A stretch of 64,000 nucleotides of DNA from a virus (taxonomy: Duplodnaviria; Caudoviricetes): the IMG/VR virus record IMGVR_UViG_3300021368_000002, one strand, 5' to 3'. Positions within the stretch are counted from its first letter, which is position 1; every line of letters starts with the position of its first letter. The notes under the pieces were generated by a model. The model saw only the letters and a program-made list of their open reading frames with translations. It did not search any database and was not told the origin of the DNA. Position numbers and translations under genes: made by a program. Of this stretch, positions 35,510-45,987 are shown piece after piece.

Positions 35510-35772
35510 TTGTTATCCTTAAGTATATAATATGTTGTTAATAGTTTTTTCATTTGGTTTTTTAATGTAGGATATTCTTTTGCGAGTTCCATCATTTCTC
35601 GCCATTCACCGTAACTAAACAAATTACCTTCTGCTTTACTTACACCTTCAGGTGACCCACCAATTATCCATCTTGGTATCTGATTGTGCGGCGGGTCTCT
35701 ATAACGGGCATACACCACATCATCGACCCGTTCATAAACTAATGCCTCGCCATTTATAAGTTTAGCCGACAT
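35506..35772 (-). CDS. hypothetical protein
   Basis: ORF track; operon overlaps. Confidence 0.7.
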   Translation of the reverse strand: MSAKLINGEALVYERVDDVVYARYRDPPHNQIPRWIIGGSPEGVSKAEGNLFSYGEWREMMELAKEYPTLKNQMKKLLTTYYILKDNK

Positions 35773-36115
35773 ATGATCCTACAGTGCGTCTTACTATATC
35801 GTCATGGTTAAACTCTGCCCAGTATAGTTCAAATGCTACACCATCTTCAATACCTTCGAACTGATGTATCTTGCCTGGCTTTACTTGCATAAAGTCACCT
35901 GCCTCAAGAATAGTTTCATCTACTAAACCATCTTGGTCTCCGTCCTGCCAAACACGTACAAGCATTTTGCCTGACTCTACAAAGAAGCCATTCCATTTAT
36001 AACGGTGTTCATGTTCGCTACACTTGTAGCCTCCTTTGTATTCAATACGATGAAACTCTAGTACACCGTTAGCGTGAATAAGTTCTGTTTGTCCCCAAAT
36101 CTTTCCTGCTTTCAT
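35762..36115 (-). CDS. cupin, probable sugar isomerase/epimerase
   Basis: KIWG, CSEHEHRYK..FFVESG, V.PGKIHQF. Confidence 0.8.
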   Translation of the reverse strand: MKAGKIWGQTELIHANGVLEFHRIEYKGGYKCSEHEHRYKWNGFFVESGKMLVRVWQDGDQDGLVDETILEAGDFMQVKPGKIHQFEGIEDGVAFELYWAEFNHDDIVRRTVGSYVG

Positions 36116-36621
36116 TATAACAACTTTCCATATTCTATAACTTCGCTTTGTCTACTTATTTCTTTTATAAAAAAAGCACACAAAGGATTTTCATCATTTG
36201 TTAATGGTATGCTCAGTAACTGTCCATTTTTTGTTTTAGGAAAGTACCATTTCACATCATTATAAAAATTAATTATTTTTATGCTGTTCCATTCAAATTT
36301 AGATCCAGTTAACGGATTGAAACAAAATGCATCAAATCCTCTATCATTTAAACTTGTTAATGGAAGTATTTCTAAATCAGCATCGGAGAATTGATCTCCT
36401 ACAGCTATACTCCAATCTAGCGGCATAGTAATTTCATTTCCACCTATCTCTAATACCATAGCAGGGGAACTAAAAGATTCTAAAAAGATTAACGGAATAA
36501 AATAAAAGTCAGGATCTTTTGGATCTGAATTATCTAATACACTAAAACGTATATCTTCCTCAATCTCATCAGGCATTTTGTTTAAATCATATGCGCTGTT
36601 TTCTAATGTTAATATTCTCAT
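36115..36621 (-). CDS. hypothetical protein
   Basis: ATG overlaps uvsW stop. Confidence 0.75.
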   Translation of the reverse strand: MRILTLENSAYDLNKMPDEIEEDIRFSVLDNSDPKDPDFYFIPLIFLESFSSPAMVLEIGGNEITMPLDWSIAVGDQFSDADLEILPLTSLNDRGFDAFCFNPLTGSKFEWNSIKIINFYNDVKWYFPKTKNGQLLSIPLTNDENPLCAFFIKEISRQSEVIEYGKLL

Positions 36622-38081
36622 TGCCAATCTACCTTTTCTATTGTAAAGGGATATTGAGCTTCCTTATAAAACTTTTTACGCTGTGTAAGGTGCCGCTTCG
36701 CAAACTTACAAGTACTTGTAAGGTCCCATATTTGTACGAAGTCTTTGTCCTTTGCCTTTCTTACGCCTCTACCTATTGATTGAATAACCCTTACAAATGA
36801 CTTGCCTGGTTCTATAAGAACAAGATTAAAAATACGAGGAATATTAATGCCGACGGCAGCAACGCCATACGTAGCAATGACCACGTGATTTGTTCCTTCG
36901 TTAATTTCGTCATATGCGTCCTTTCTATCTTTTAATTTTACATCGCCTTTAACAAAAACTGATCCTGGAATAAGTTCTTGTAATGCTTCGCCTGCTGATA
37001 TTCTATCTACTAGAATAAGTGTATTGCCTGATTCTTTTACTGTGGTTAACAGCTTGCCTATATATTCTAATCTGTTTGTATTTGTTGTTAAGTATTTTAA
37101 TTCTTCTTGATAGTTTGTATGTGCCGCAGTGTCCATTAATTGTACAATATTAACATGACATTGAGATAGTACGCCTTTGTCTTGTAATTCTTTAGCACTA
37201 ATTTGTCCTATTACTGGGCCTAGCGAAGCGTGTATTGCCTCAAACTCAAAACGTTCTTTAGGAACTGTACCAGTTAGTCCCCAACGTATTGGTGCATTGC
37301 GTAGGTTGCGTGTAAGCAAGTTTTTAAGGACTTCTGCTTTCGCTTGGTGTACTTCGTCAACAATAATAGTGCTAACACCGTCTAAGAACTCTGCGAGGCT
37401 TAGTACTGCACTGCCGTCTTTGAACTTCTTGTCTAGAATGTTCAAGCTCTGCCAAGTACAGATAGTGTGAGTCTTACCTAACTCTTTTCTGTCTCCGAAG
37501 TACACCCCTACGTCTAACCCACAATTGATGTAGTCTTCTTCTGTTTGTGTAACAAGTGATTTGTTAGGCACAATTACAAGACTACGTCCGTACGGCTCAC
37601 TAATGTGTGACAGTGTGGCAGTTGTGATTGTCTTACCTGCTCCTGTTGCAATCTCTTGCAAGCTCTGTGGGTTTTTTAAAAAGTTGTTAATTGCTTCTAC
37701 TTGATAGTCACGGAGAATTATTTCTTCGCCTTCTGCAGGATGTCCTTTGGGCCAGCATACACCTTGGTCAGCCCAGTAGCGTTCTGTAATAGGTTGTAAG
37801 TCTAATTTTATAGGATGACGTCTATCTTCAATGTCTACAATACTTACTTTGTTTTTCTCAAGTACTGAAACAATAGTGTCGAGATGATTAACATAACCTG
37901 TGCCGCCGATACCAAAAAAAGCAACTTTACCGTCCCAGCGTCCAAGTTTATACTGGGGCATATATCTTGCATAAGGCACTTCAAACTTGAGAGCATTTGA
38001 TAACTTTCGCCGTACATCTACTTCAAGTCCTTCTATCTTTATGTTTACTTCATCTTCAATTATTAGTTTACAAGTTGCCAT
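36618..38081 (-). CDS. uvsW: SF2 helicase UvsW
   Basis: LRDYQ, ATGAGKT, IVDEVH, GLTGT, AVGINIP, QSIGRGVR. Confidence 0.93.
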   Translation of the reverse strand: MATCKLIIEDEVNIKIEGLEVDVRRKLSNALKFEVPYARYMPQYKLGRWDGKVAFFGIGGTGYVNHLDTIVSVLEKNKVSIVDIEDRRHPIKLDLQPITERYWADQGVCWPKGHPAEGEEIILRDYQVEAINNFLKNPQSLQEIATGAGKTITTATLSHISEPYGRSLVIVPNKSLVTQTEEDYINCGLDVGVYFGDRKELGKTHTICTWQSLNILDKKFKDGSAVLSLAEFLDGVSTIIVDEVHQAKAEVLKNLLTRNLRNAPIRWGLTGTVPKERFEFEAIHASLGPVIGQISAKELQDKGVLSQCHVNIVQLMDTAAHTNYQEELKYLTTNTNRLEYIGKLLTTVKESGNTLILVDRISAGEALQELIPGSVFVKGDVKLKDRKDAYDEINEGTNHVVIATYGVAAVGINIPRIFNLVLIEPGKSFVRVIQSIGRGVRKAKDKDFVQIWDLTSTCKFAKRHLTQRKKFYKEAQYPFTIEKVDWQ

Positions 38082-39256
38082 TATATCTCTTCAAATAAAT
38101 TTCGATTTAACACACTGTTTAGTTCATCGATTGCAATATTCAAATCAGTACTTTTAAATATTGTTTGTCTATGACCTTGATAAGAAGCATCAAATCTTAT
38201 AGTTGCGCCTGCACTCCAATCTGACTGGATAAGAGGTTTTGGAGGCTTTGCATTACTTTTAATATACACTATATCTGGATTATTGTCAAGTGAAACATTC
38301 ATATTGTTATTTTTAATAAAAGTATTAAATGGAGAAATCTCGTTGTCTTTATTTTCTAGTCTAAATAGCACAGAATGTTTTTTGTAAGGACAAGATGAAT
38401 AAATTCTTTCCAGTGTTTTTACATTATCATCTATAAAACACAAAACTGGTAGTCTATTCAAATTGAACAAGGCTTGCATAACATCTTGAATAGAAAACTC
38501 TTTAGGATTAATTATTACATTTATCTTTTTTCTATTAACGATTCTATTTTCTAAGCTGCTATTATCAATGTCGATATCTACAGAATATAATCCATATTTT
38601 ATAGATCTATCTTTTATTAGTTTCAAATCTAAATTAGTTTCTGCGTTTAATAACTCAAGTTTGCTATCCTCAAGATTATATACACCTGTATTATCAGCAT
38701 AAGGCATATATTTTTTAGGATTATCGATAATTTCTGAAACTTTGGCATAATAGTTTAACACATCATCTGATATTGTAAAATCTTTATTTTTAAATTTGTT
38801 TACAATATCATAAACAGTCATTTCAGTTAATTTAAGATAATGAATATGAGAACCTCTCGGGTGTATATGATATTTTCTATGCTTTAATAACACTTCTTCT
38901 AAAGCAAGTATAGTCTTTTTATTAAATGGGAACTTAATTGCAATCCATGTCCATGAGGTTTTAAATTCTTCATACTGTGTACGTTTTATAGGAACATCTG
39001 AAGAATCAACAATTTTAATATATTTTTCTCTGTCTATTTCCCGCAACGGCATACGAAGTTTATCATTAAACTTTACACCATAGTAATTTAATTTTTCAAC
39101 AATTACGTTACGCTGCCTGTCTGTAAGAGCTTTTTGTCTAAAGACTTGCCTGCCAATACTATTTAATATAGTATGGTCGGTACTTTCTATTTTAATATCT
39201 AAACCTTCTTGAAGACCTACAAGGTGTTCAAGAGCATCTTCTATTGTGTTAAACAT
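38081..39256 (-). CDS. hypothetical protein
   Basis: 391-aa ORF; TTGACA-N17-TATTAT at 39263-39291. Confidence 0.8.
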   Translation of the reverse strand: MFNTIEDALEHLVGLQEGLDIKIESTDHTILNSIGRQVFRQKALTDRQRNVIVEKLNYYGVKFNDKLRMPLREIDREKYIKIVDSSDVPIKRTQYEEFKTSWTWIAIKFPFNKKTILALEEVLLKHRKYHIHPRGSHIHYLKLTEMTVYDIVNKFKNKDFTISDDVLNYYAKVSEIIDNPKKYMPYADNTGVYNLEDSKLELLNAETNLDLKLIKDRSIKYGLYSVDIDIDNSSLENRIVNRKKINVIINPKEFSIQDVMQALFNLNRLPVLCFIDDNVKTLERIYSSCPYKKHSVLFRLENKDNEISPFNTFIKNNNMNVSLDNNPDIVYIKSNAKPPKPLIQSDWSAGATIRFDASYQGHRQTIFKSTDLNIAIDELNSVLNRNLFEEI

Positions 39257-39270
39257 ACAACTATAATAAA

Positions 39271-40122
39271 CTATAAAAGCATATTTGTCAAGTATTTAAG
39301 TGGCAAACCTTGGGAAATTTCTTCAATTGTATACTCTGTATGTGCATAGTCATTTAGCCATTGAGTTCTATCTGGTCTTAAAGGATTCTCTATATCATGC
39401 AAAAAGTCTATGTCGTTAGCTACATCATATGCTAGGCTATGTGTGCTTACAAATGCAGGTACGCCTTCTATGATACTGTGTATTCCTGGATTACTACTAT
39501 AACTTACAGTAGCAAATACATTATTAAACTGCATATCAAAATCGTCATAAGTTCCACTAATATATTTTGGCTCCTGTCTAAACACATTTCTGTATTGGTG
39601 TTCTATTGCTTCTAATTTACACCTTGGATGAGGTCTAAAAATTATAGGACGGTCACTGTGTTTTTGGATACTTTCAATAGTATCCATTACCCAATTAGAC
39701 ATAGAAGGCATTCCTTGCCATTGTAAACTTTTATCGTGCTGCCCACATATTAAAATGTATTCGCCGTTATTTTGCCAAGGCTTTAGTTCAAGGTCAAGTT
39801 TCTTTGCCCTGTCATCGGTATTTCCTTTTTCACTAAAATATGCATCACGATTTATTCCATTAAGTCCGACTTTCCACGTTTGCCCTCTCTTGATGCCCCC
39901 GACTTCCAGTACAATGGTCGGTTTGGATTGTGCCATGTTTCTTTTCCATATATCACGGTTTCTAGCCATACGGCCGTTGAACAATACGCTCCATATAACA
40001 TCAATACTATTATCAGAGCTATCGTCAACGCTATGCCCAAGAGCCATAGCGCCAGCGTGAAAGGCGTCAAAAACAGGGCCAGAATTAAGTGCGCCATATT
40101 GTCTCCATAATTTAAAATTCAT
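39271..40122 (-). CDS. KpsS/KpsC-like (capsule synthesis) glycosyltransferase domain
   Basis: LICGQ, IIFRPHP, TVSYSSNPGIHSIIEGVPAF. Confidence 0.55.
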   Translation of the reverse strand: MNFKLWRQYGALNSGPVFDAFHAGAMALGHSVDDSSDNSIDVIWSVLFNGRMARNRDIWKRNMAQSKPTIVLEVGGIKRGQTWKVGLNGINRDAYFSEKGNTDDRAKKLDLELKPWQNNGEYILICGQHDKSLQWQGMPSMSNWVMDTIESIQKHSDRPIIFRPHPRCKLEAIEHQYRNVFRQEPKYISGTYDDFDMQFNNVFATVSYSSNPGIHSIIEGVPAFVSTHSLAYDVANDIDFLHDIENPLRPDRTQWLNDYAHTEYTIEEISQGLPLKYLTNMLL

Positions 40123-40160
40123 CTGTAAATACCTTGTATACTATTTACAAAGGAATTTAA

Positions 40161-41006
40161 ATGCAAGATATAACTGTGGTTACAACTTTTCATAAACCCG
40201 GCTTAGAAGAATACGGTCAAAGATTTTTAGATAGTTTTGCTGAACGAGTTGATAAGAAAATTAAGTTACTTGTGTACGCAGAAGGCTGTTCACCTACTAT
40301 AGATCCTATGTGTGAAAACATTAGAGTTTTTGACCAATTTGAAGCATTACCTAAACTTAATGCATTTAAAAGCACCTGGAGTGCTGTTCCTAAAGCAAAT
40401 GGTATACCACCAGATGACATTAAAGCAAGAAGACCGAGAGACTGGCATAAAAAGTTCAAATGGGATGCTGTAAGATTTGCTAATAAGGTATATGCTGTAT
40501 TTGATGCTTGTGAACGTAGTAGTGATTGGTGTGTATGGATGGATGCTGATAGCTATATTCATAGCGATTGGAGTTATGAAGATTTTAAAAAACTATTACC
40601 AGACGACAAATGGATTACGTATGTAGGTAGAGGCAAAGGATCACAAACTTGGCCTGAGTGTGGATTTTATGGATTGAACTTAAAGCATGGTGCTTGCCAA
40701 ACATTTTTAGAAGAATTTGAACGGTTCTATGAAGATGCAGAGAATGGAATTTTTACATTAGAAGAATGGCATGATAGTTTTGTGTTTGGACATATTCTAA
40801 ATAAAATGAAAACCTTACGTCCAGATATTTTAGACTACAGTGCTAATATGTATATGCGTGAAGCAAAAACAGGTGGTGGAGGACATCCACTAATTAATGG
40901 ACCATTAGGCAAATTTATGGACCACATGAAAGGTGACAGGAAAGTTACTGGAAAAAGTAAAAAGTCTGATATGCTAGTACAGAGAAAAGAATCTTACTGG
41001 ACATAA
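40161..41006 (+). CDS. GT-A nucleotide-diphospho-sugar transferase
   Basis: TVVTTF, RFANKVYA, VWMDAD (DxD), WHDSFVF. Confidence 0.8.
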   Translation: MQDITVVTTFHKPGLEEYGQRFLDSFAERVDKKIKLLVYAEGCSPTIDPMCENIRVFDQFEALPKLNAFKSTWSAVPKANGIPPDDIKARRPRDWHKKFKWDAVRFANKVYAVFDACERSSDWCVWMDADSYIHSDWSYEDFKKLLPDDKWITYVGRGKGSQTWPECGFYGLNLKHGACQTFLEEFERFYEDAENGIFTLEEWHDSFVFGHILNKMKTLRPDILDYSANMYMREAKTGGGGHPLINGPLGKFMDHMKGDRKVTGKSKKSDMLVQRKESYWT

Positions 41007-41917
41007 GTTCTCATATGTGCCCATGCTTCGCCACTCTGCAATTCTTCAAAGTTCCAATGCGACATACTAAGACGCTCTAGCCATTTTTCTCTATTAAAGG
41101 TTTTAGGGCTTTCTATTAAAGAAAAGTCAGTATTACTTACTTCGTTACATTGGCTATATGTAGGATCGGTAAGAAAGCAATGACACCCTTCTACTATAGG
41201 ACCTACTGCTGCACTGCTGTTATGATTTACTACTGCATAGCAATTTTTGATAGCTTCGTACATAGGAACATTTAGATCGCTAAAAACAACATTATTAAAT
41301 CCTGCAAGAGTTTCTGCTTTATAATATTCTCTAAATTTTTTATCACCAGGATGTGGACGTATCACAATGCGCCTATCAGTATATGAGCGTATTTTAGAAA
41401 GCGTTTCTTTTATCCATGTAGAAACATCATAACCTTTCATACTCCATCCTCCTGTCCTTTGAACAAGTAATATTATTTCTGAACCTTTAGATGTGTATGG
41501 CTTTATATCGATTTTTAGATTTTGTTTTAATTTTTGCCATCTTTGCGGATTAGGATTAGTATCGCAATAAATTCCAGTTCGGGGAAATATTCCGTTAAAA
41601 CTATATCTTAAGTAAGTTCTTTTATTTTTTGGATCAGCAAATAAAAAACAATTTGCATCAGCAGTTACAACGTAGCGATTATTTTTAATTTGATAATCTA
41701 TAACGTTTTTTCTCAACCTTAAATGTGGAGTTGTAACTTGATCATAAACCCAACCTTGAATAACAGCAACATCGCAATCAACTGGTGTATTTGAATTTGA
41801 TAAATCTGCAGAATCACCGCAAGTAATTGCACCTTGTGCAAATCTATGTAGCAGCTCTGTCTTTTGATTATTACTATTTCTAGAAGGCACAGACCCTAAA
41901 TAACTAACTACTTTCAT
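40994..41917 (-). CDS. KpsS/KpsC-like glycosyltransferase domain
   Basis: ILLVQ, IVIRPHPGD, VVNHNSSAAVGPIVEG. Confidence 0.55.
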   Translation of the reverse strand: MKVVSYLGSVPSRNSNNQKTELLHRFAQGAITCGDSADLSNSNTPVDCDVAVIQGWVYDQVTTPHLRLRKNVIDYQIKNNRYVVTADANCFLFADPKNKRTYLRYSFNGIFPRTGIYCDTNPNPQRWQKLKQNLKIDIKPYTSKGSEIILLVQRTGGWSMKGYDVSTWIKETLSKIRSYTDRRIVIRPHPGDKKFREYYKAETLAGFNNVVFSDLNVPMYEAIKNCYAVVNHNSSAAVGPIVEGCHCFLTDPTYSQCNEVSNTDFSLIESPKTFNREKWLERLSMSHWNFEELQSGEAWAHMRTYVQ

Positions 41918-43607
41918 TTAATACTTCCCATGCATAACCACTACGCATTTCTATTTCAGTAAATTGACAATAACTTAAATGAGCTGCAAAAGCCATTATG
42001 TCATCTTCGTATGGCATATACAAGTCGTTTAATTGATCTAATTTGGTATTACACAATACAGTTGCACTATTAGGTGCAAGTGCTATCGCAGGACATCCAT
42101 AGAGTAATGCTTCAGTTGCTGCAATACTATTATATGTTACTACAACATGAGCTTCGTCCATTGCTTTCCAAATAGTGTTTGTTGTAACTCTATCCGATCT
42201 TGAAGGTTTTTGTCTAACTATAATTTGTCTTGATGAATATTTTGATATTTCTGCTATGGTATCTTTTAACCATTTGTCTAAGTCTTGACCATAAAATTTC
42301 ATAACTTTTTCGCTTGGAGGACATATTAAAATTGTCTCTCCTTTTTTCTTTCTTGGTCTAAACTTGTATCTTAACTTTTCTAGTCTATCAAAAGGTCTTT
42401 CTATAATAGGACCAGGATGTTGTAACGCATTTTTTGTAACTCGATGATATTCTTTTTTTGTACCTGGTTGAATATATCCTGTATCAACAGCAAAAAAGTC
42501 TCTACCTTTTGTTCTACAATGTTTAAGAGCTTTTTGACTACTTCCTCCCAATCCTCTGATTACCATAGGAGTTTTTTCATTACTATCTATGTTTTTATCC
42601 CATTTTGTAATATGTCCTTGCGAACCATATGCAAAATTTGTTAACACTGGATCAAACTCTAAATTTTTATGCTCTAAATCAAAGTCTTCAGGATCAGGTG
42701 ATAGAACGATAGTTTTTGGTTTTTTCGTCATGTTATCTACCTTCATCTTTTTAAAAAAATCAAAATTAGGATCTATTGATTTATGAAGCTCATTACTTAA
42801 ATGATTTTTTAAATTTTCCGAAAATCCTATTTCTTCAAATTGTTTTTGTCTATTTTTTTCGGTTCGTAAGTTATCTCTTATAATTCTATTTTCTTTATCT
42901 TTGTATGAGATAGCAACTTGCAACCAATCATTACTATATTCGCAATCAGTATATTCATCAAACCAAGGTCCGCCTTCTGTATAATGTAATGCTTTAGGTT
43001 CGCCGTCTTCAGGTTCATTATACCATCCTACAAGCCAATTCCATTCATGCGACACTTCGCCTATTTCTGAATCGTCAAGCCAACTAAATCTATGTAGGTA
43101 TGCGCCGGTAGTATCTGGGTCATTTACAAGTTCTAAGTCTACTGCTTTATTACTAGGATGTCCGCAGTTCCATAATACCATACTTGACCAGTTTTTTCTT
43201 GGATAGACTGTTTGTTGTTGTCCATCCATTTTTGTTCCTTCTTTAGGAGTGTAATCGTGATGCGCACACATAACTGCATATCTATCATCACACTGATTAA
43301 TTAATTTTTTAATATCAGCTTTGAATAAAAAATCACAATCAATGAATAATGCCCAGCCATCATAATTGCATAAATGGGGAATTAAAAATCTTGTAAATGT
43401 AAACTCGGTACTAGCAAGGGCATCTATTTCTCGTGTATATAATCCCTTTGTTCGTAATTCTTTTTGTTTTATAGGTATAACTGTAACTGGTACAGTTGAC
43501 TTTTTCATAATGCTATGTTTTGCTACTTCATATGCTATATTTTCTCTACTGTCATAACCTACAAAGACCTTGAACGGTTTATTTCCTTTCAATATCTTCC
43601 TCCACAC
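41904..43607 (-). CDS. two-domain glycosyltransferase (GT-A plus KpsS/KpsC-like)
   Basis: N: FVGYDSRE, EFTFTRFL, FIDCDFL, RKNWSS, HYTEGGPW; C: ILICPPS, VVTYNSIAATEALLYG.P. Confidence 0.8.
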   Translation of the reverse strand: MWRKILKGNKPFKVFVGYDSRENIAYEVAKHSIMKKSTVPVTVIPIKQKELRTKGLYTREIDALASTEFTFTRFLIPHLCNYDGWALFIDCDFLFKADIKKLINQCDDRYAVMCAHHDYTPKEGTKMDGQQQTVYPRKNWSSMVLWNCGHPSNKAVDLELVNDPDTTGAYLHRFSWLDDSEIGEVSHEWNWLVGWYNEPEDGEPKALHYTEGGPWFDEYTDCEYSNDWLQVAISYKDKENRIIRDNLRTEKNRQKQFEEIGFSENLKNHLSNELHKSIDPNFDFFKKMKVDNMTKKPKTIVLSPDPEDFDLEHKNLEFDPVLTNFAYGSQGHITKWDKNIDSNEKTPMVIRGLGGSSQKALKHCRTKGRDFFAVDTGYIQPGTKKEYHRVTKNALQHPGPIIERPFDRLEKLRYKFRPRKKKGETILICPPSEKVMKFYGQDLDKWLKDTIAEISKYSSRQIIVRQKPSRSDRVTTNTIWKAMDEAHVVVTYNSIAATEALLYGCPAIALAPNSATVLCNTKLDQLNDLYMPYEDDIMAFAAHLSYCQFTEIEMRSGYAWEVLNESS

Positions 43608-44349
43608 AATTTGTTCCGTACTGTATTTCTATTAATTTCAAAGGTTGTTGGCTTTCATTGCAAAGTTGATGCCATTGTCCTTGATGTATATGCAACGACT
43701 CATGTTCTTTATATCTGCCGTATAATTCTATATCTGTTGATGCATTTAATGTATAAACAGTTGCTTCTCCCTCATCAACAAACCAGTGTTCTGCCCTATG
43801 TTTGTGCCTTTGCATAGACAACCTCTGTCCTGGTTCGACTGTTAATTCTTTTACCTTAACTTCTTTTCTCGGTTCATGTAACACTCTATAATACCCCCAA
43901 TTTCTTATAGTCTTAGGTGCTTTCCATTCGTCTAGCAACCAACTTGAAGAATTTTTTTTGTCAGTACCTCCTACACCAAATGCAAATTGAACATTTGGCA
44001 TATCCCCGTATGTTTTATATTCTGGAGTTGTGAAGTCTGTGCGATCTCCGCCATTGGCGAAAATTATTTTTTTTCTGCCGTTAGTGGCCATCGTTTTATA
44101 AATGGCTCCACACGCAGTACCATCTTTGTCATCGAAGCTGAGGACTCTATCTACAACATCTAATTGTTCTATTACACTTACTCTATCCTTAAAAGGCATA
44201 AAAGGTCTGCCCTTTTTATTAGTAAGCCATTCGTCAGAGTTAACCCCAACGTGGAGTTCATCTCCTAACTTTTTTGCTTCTTTAAAATATTCAATATGAC
44301 CGTGATGAAGTGGATCAAATCCACCTGTGACAAGAACTATGGTTTTCAT
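43579..44349 (-). CDS. cytidylyltransferase (RfaE/TagD-like) fused to mannose-6-P-isomerase-type cupin
   Basis: TGGFDPLHHGH, VGVNSDEWL..KKG, FANGGDR, NSSS; R.WG.Y, LSMQRHKHRAEHW, WHQLCN, EDIER. Confidence 0.88.
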   Translation of the reverse strand: MKTIVLVTGGFDPLHHGHIEYFKEAKKLGDELHVGVNSDEWLTNKKGRPFMPFKDRVSVIEQLDVVDRVLSFDDKDGTACGAIYKTMATNGRKKIIFANGGDRTDFTTPEYKTYGDMPNVQFAFGVGGTDKKNSSSWLLDEWKAPKTIRNWGYYRVLHEPRKEVKVKELTVEPGQRLSMQRHKHRAEHWFVDEGEATVYTLNASTDIELYGRYKEHESLHIHQGQWHQLCNESQQPLKLIEIQYGTNCVEEDIERK

Positions 44350-44364
44350 GTACGTATTTAACTG

Positions 44365-45000
44365 TTACCAGCCAAATATGTAATCTTTTCTGATGTTGGT
44401 GATTTCTACTGCGCCTAAACTTTTTAAGTATGTTCCTGCACAGTATTCTGATTCAGGATGCTGTTCTACAACTACAATAGGTTTATATTTTTTGATTGTT
44501 TCTACCCCGCCTTTAATGACTTCTAATTCGTGACCTTCACAATCTATTTTAATAAGTCCAAAAGTTGGTAGATTCAAATCGTCCATTCTACGTATATCTA
44601 TATTGCCTGTGCCAATTTCGCTTACATAACTGCTTCCGGTATTTTCGCTATCGTATATCATTTCTACTTTATCGTTTACACTGCCTAAAGCAAATTTATG
44701 AACTTCTACAGGTAGGCCTTCTACGTTTAATTCTAAACATTTATAAACTTGGGGCAGTGGTTCGAAAGATTTAACGTGTGCAAATTTACTTGCTAATGGT
44801 CTTGCCCATAATCCAACATTTGCACCTACATCTATTGCTAAAGAAAAATCTTTAACATATCTGTATGCTTCATCTCTAACATCATCTTGATACTCTGGAG
44901 GGCCGCCTTTTGATATTCTTTTCGCAATAAGTCTTTCGAAATGATTATCGCTATCTGGCATATAATAATTATAAACTTTTTTCATTTTCGAGGACAACAA
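44365..45000 (-). CDS. FkbM-family SAM methyltransferase
   Basis: IDVGANVG, SFEP, FALG, IKIDCEGHELEVIKGG; start may be ATG 44985. Confidence 0.88.
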   Translation of the reverse strand: MLSSKMKKVYNYYMPDSDNHFERLIAKRISKGGPPEYQDDVRDEAYRYVKDFSLAIDVGANVGLWARPLASKFAHVKSFEPLPQVYKCLELNVEGLPVEVHKFALGSVNDKVEMIYDSENTGSSYVSEIGTGNIDIRRMDDLNLPTFGLIKIDCEGHELEVIKGGVETIKKYKPIVVVEQHPESEYCAGTYLKSLGAVEITNIRKDYIFGW

Positions 45001-45532
45001 TATATTTTATCACATGGACAGGTGGACCTTTTTTTACTTTTGCAACAAAGTCTTTTATATCTTCCTCTACTATTTTCCAGCCTTCTAATTTTTCAATTTT
45101 GTTTTTCCACCATTCTGGGTTTTCAATAATTAGATGTGCATTACGTCCATCACTTAATGCTTTTTTTGCTGGATGACAGGCAATTAAATGATACTGATAT
45201 TTCGATGCTCTATTACAAAGATCTTGTAAAGTTTCATCTATAAGATCAGGTTCGACGTGTTCTAATACATCGCTACTATAAATGAAATCAACCTTTTCTG
45301 GTAGTTCAATAGGAAATGTAACCGGATCGTAAGTATACAATTCAATGTCAGGAAAACGTTCTTTTATACCTGCACTTGTTTTTCCTTGTCCTGCTCCGAA
45401 ATCTAACATACTGGAAATGTTGCCGCTTGATAGCAATTTTTTAACAGATAGAGGAACGGTTTTACCTTTTCCGAAAGTTTTTCTATCGTGCAGTATTTCT
45501 AATTCTTTTTTATATTCTTCACTTAATGCCAT
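44969..45532 (-). CDS. class I SAM methyltransferase
   Basis: MLDFGAGQG, YDP, SSDVLEHV, NAHLII..WW. Confidence 0.85.
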   Translation of the reverse strand: MALSEEYKKELEILHDRKTFGKGKTVPLSVKKLLSSGNISSMLDFGAGQGKTSAGIKERFPDIELYTYDPVTFPIELPEKVDFIYSSDVLEHVEPDLIDETLQDLCNRASKYQYHLIACHPAKKALSDGRNAHLIIENPEWWKNKIEKLEGWKIVEEDIKDFVAKVKKGPPVHVIKYIVVLENEKSL

Positions 45533-45987
45533 TACAATGTTGCATCCTCCATACCTGCTACTCTTAGCTTTACAACATTAGTTATCTGCCATTGCTTCTG
45601 ATCAAGTGCCTTTAGGACTCCTAACCACTTATTACGTAATAAAGCAAATTCGTTAATAATTTTTTCATAGTCAACAACGTCTGCCTCACCGTCAACGTAT
45701 TTTTCAACGTCACGGCTAGACAGAGCTCGTTGATAGTTTTCGAGATATTTTTTGAAGAAAGAGCTACGCAACCTACGTAGCTCAATATTTAAGTAATTTA
45801 GGATTGCTTCAATCTCTTGAAGCTGATTAAATCGATGTTCAACAATGCCAGGCATTGCTGCCGCCGCACGTTCAACATTACCAGTAAGTTTACATTCAAT
45901 CCTTGCATCATTTAGCTCAGATTCAAAGTATGCAATCGCATTAGGTATTTCTCCTATATTGCGTGAAACCTTACTGTACCAACCCAT
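45532..45987 (-). CDS. uvsY: UvsY-like recombination mediator
   Basis: helical protein; next to uvsX. Confidence 0.65.
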   Translation of the reverse strand: MGWYSKVSRNIGEIPNAIAYFESELNDARIECKLTGNVERAAAAMPGIVEHRFNQLQEIEAILNYLNIELRRLRSSFFKKYLENYQRALSSRDVEKYVDGEADVVDYEKIINEFALLRNKWLGVLKALDQKQWQITNVVKLRVAGMEDATL

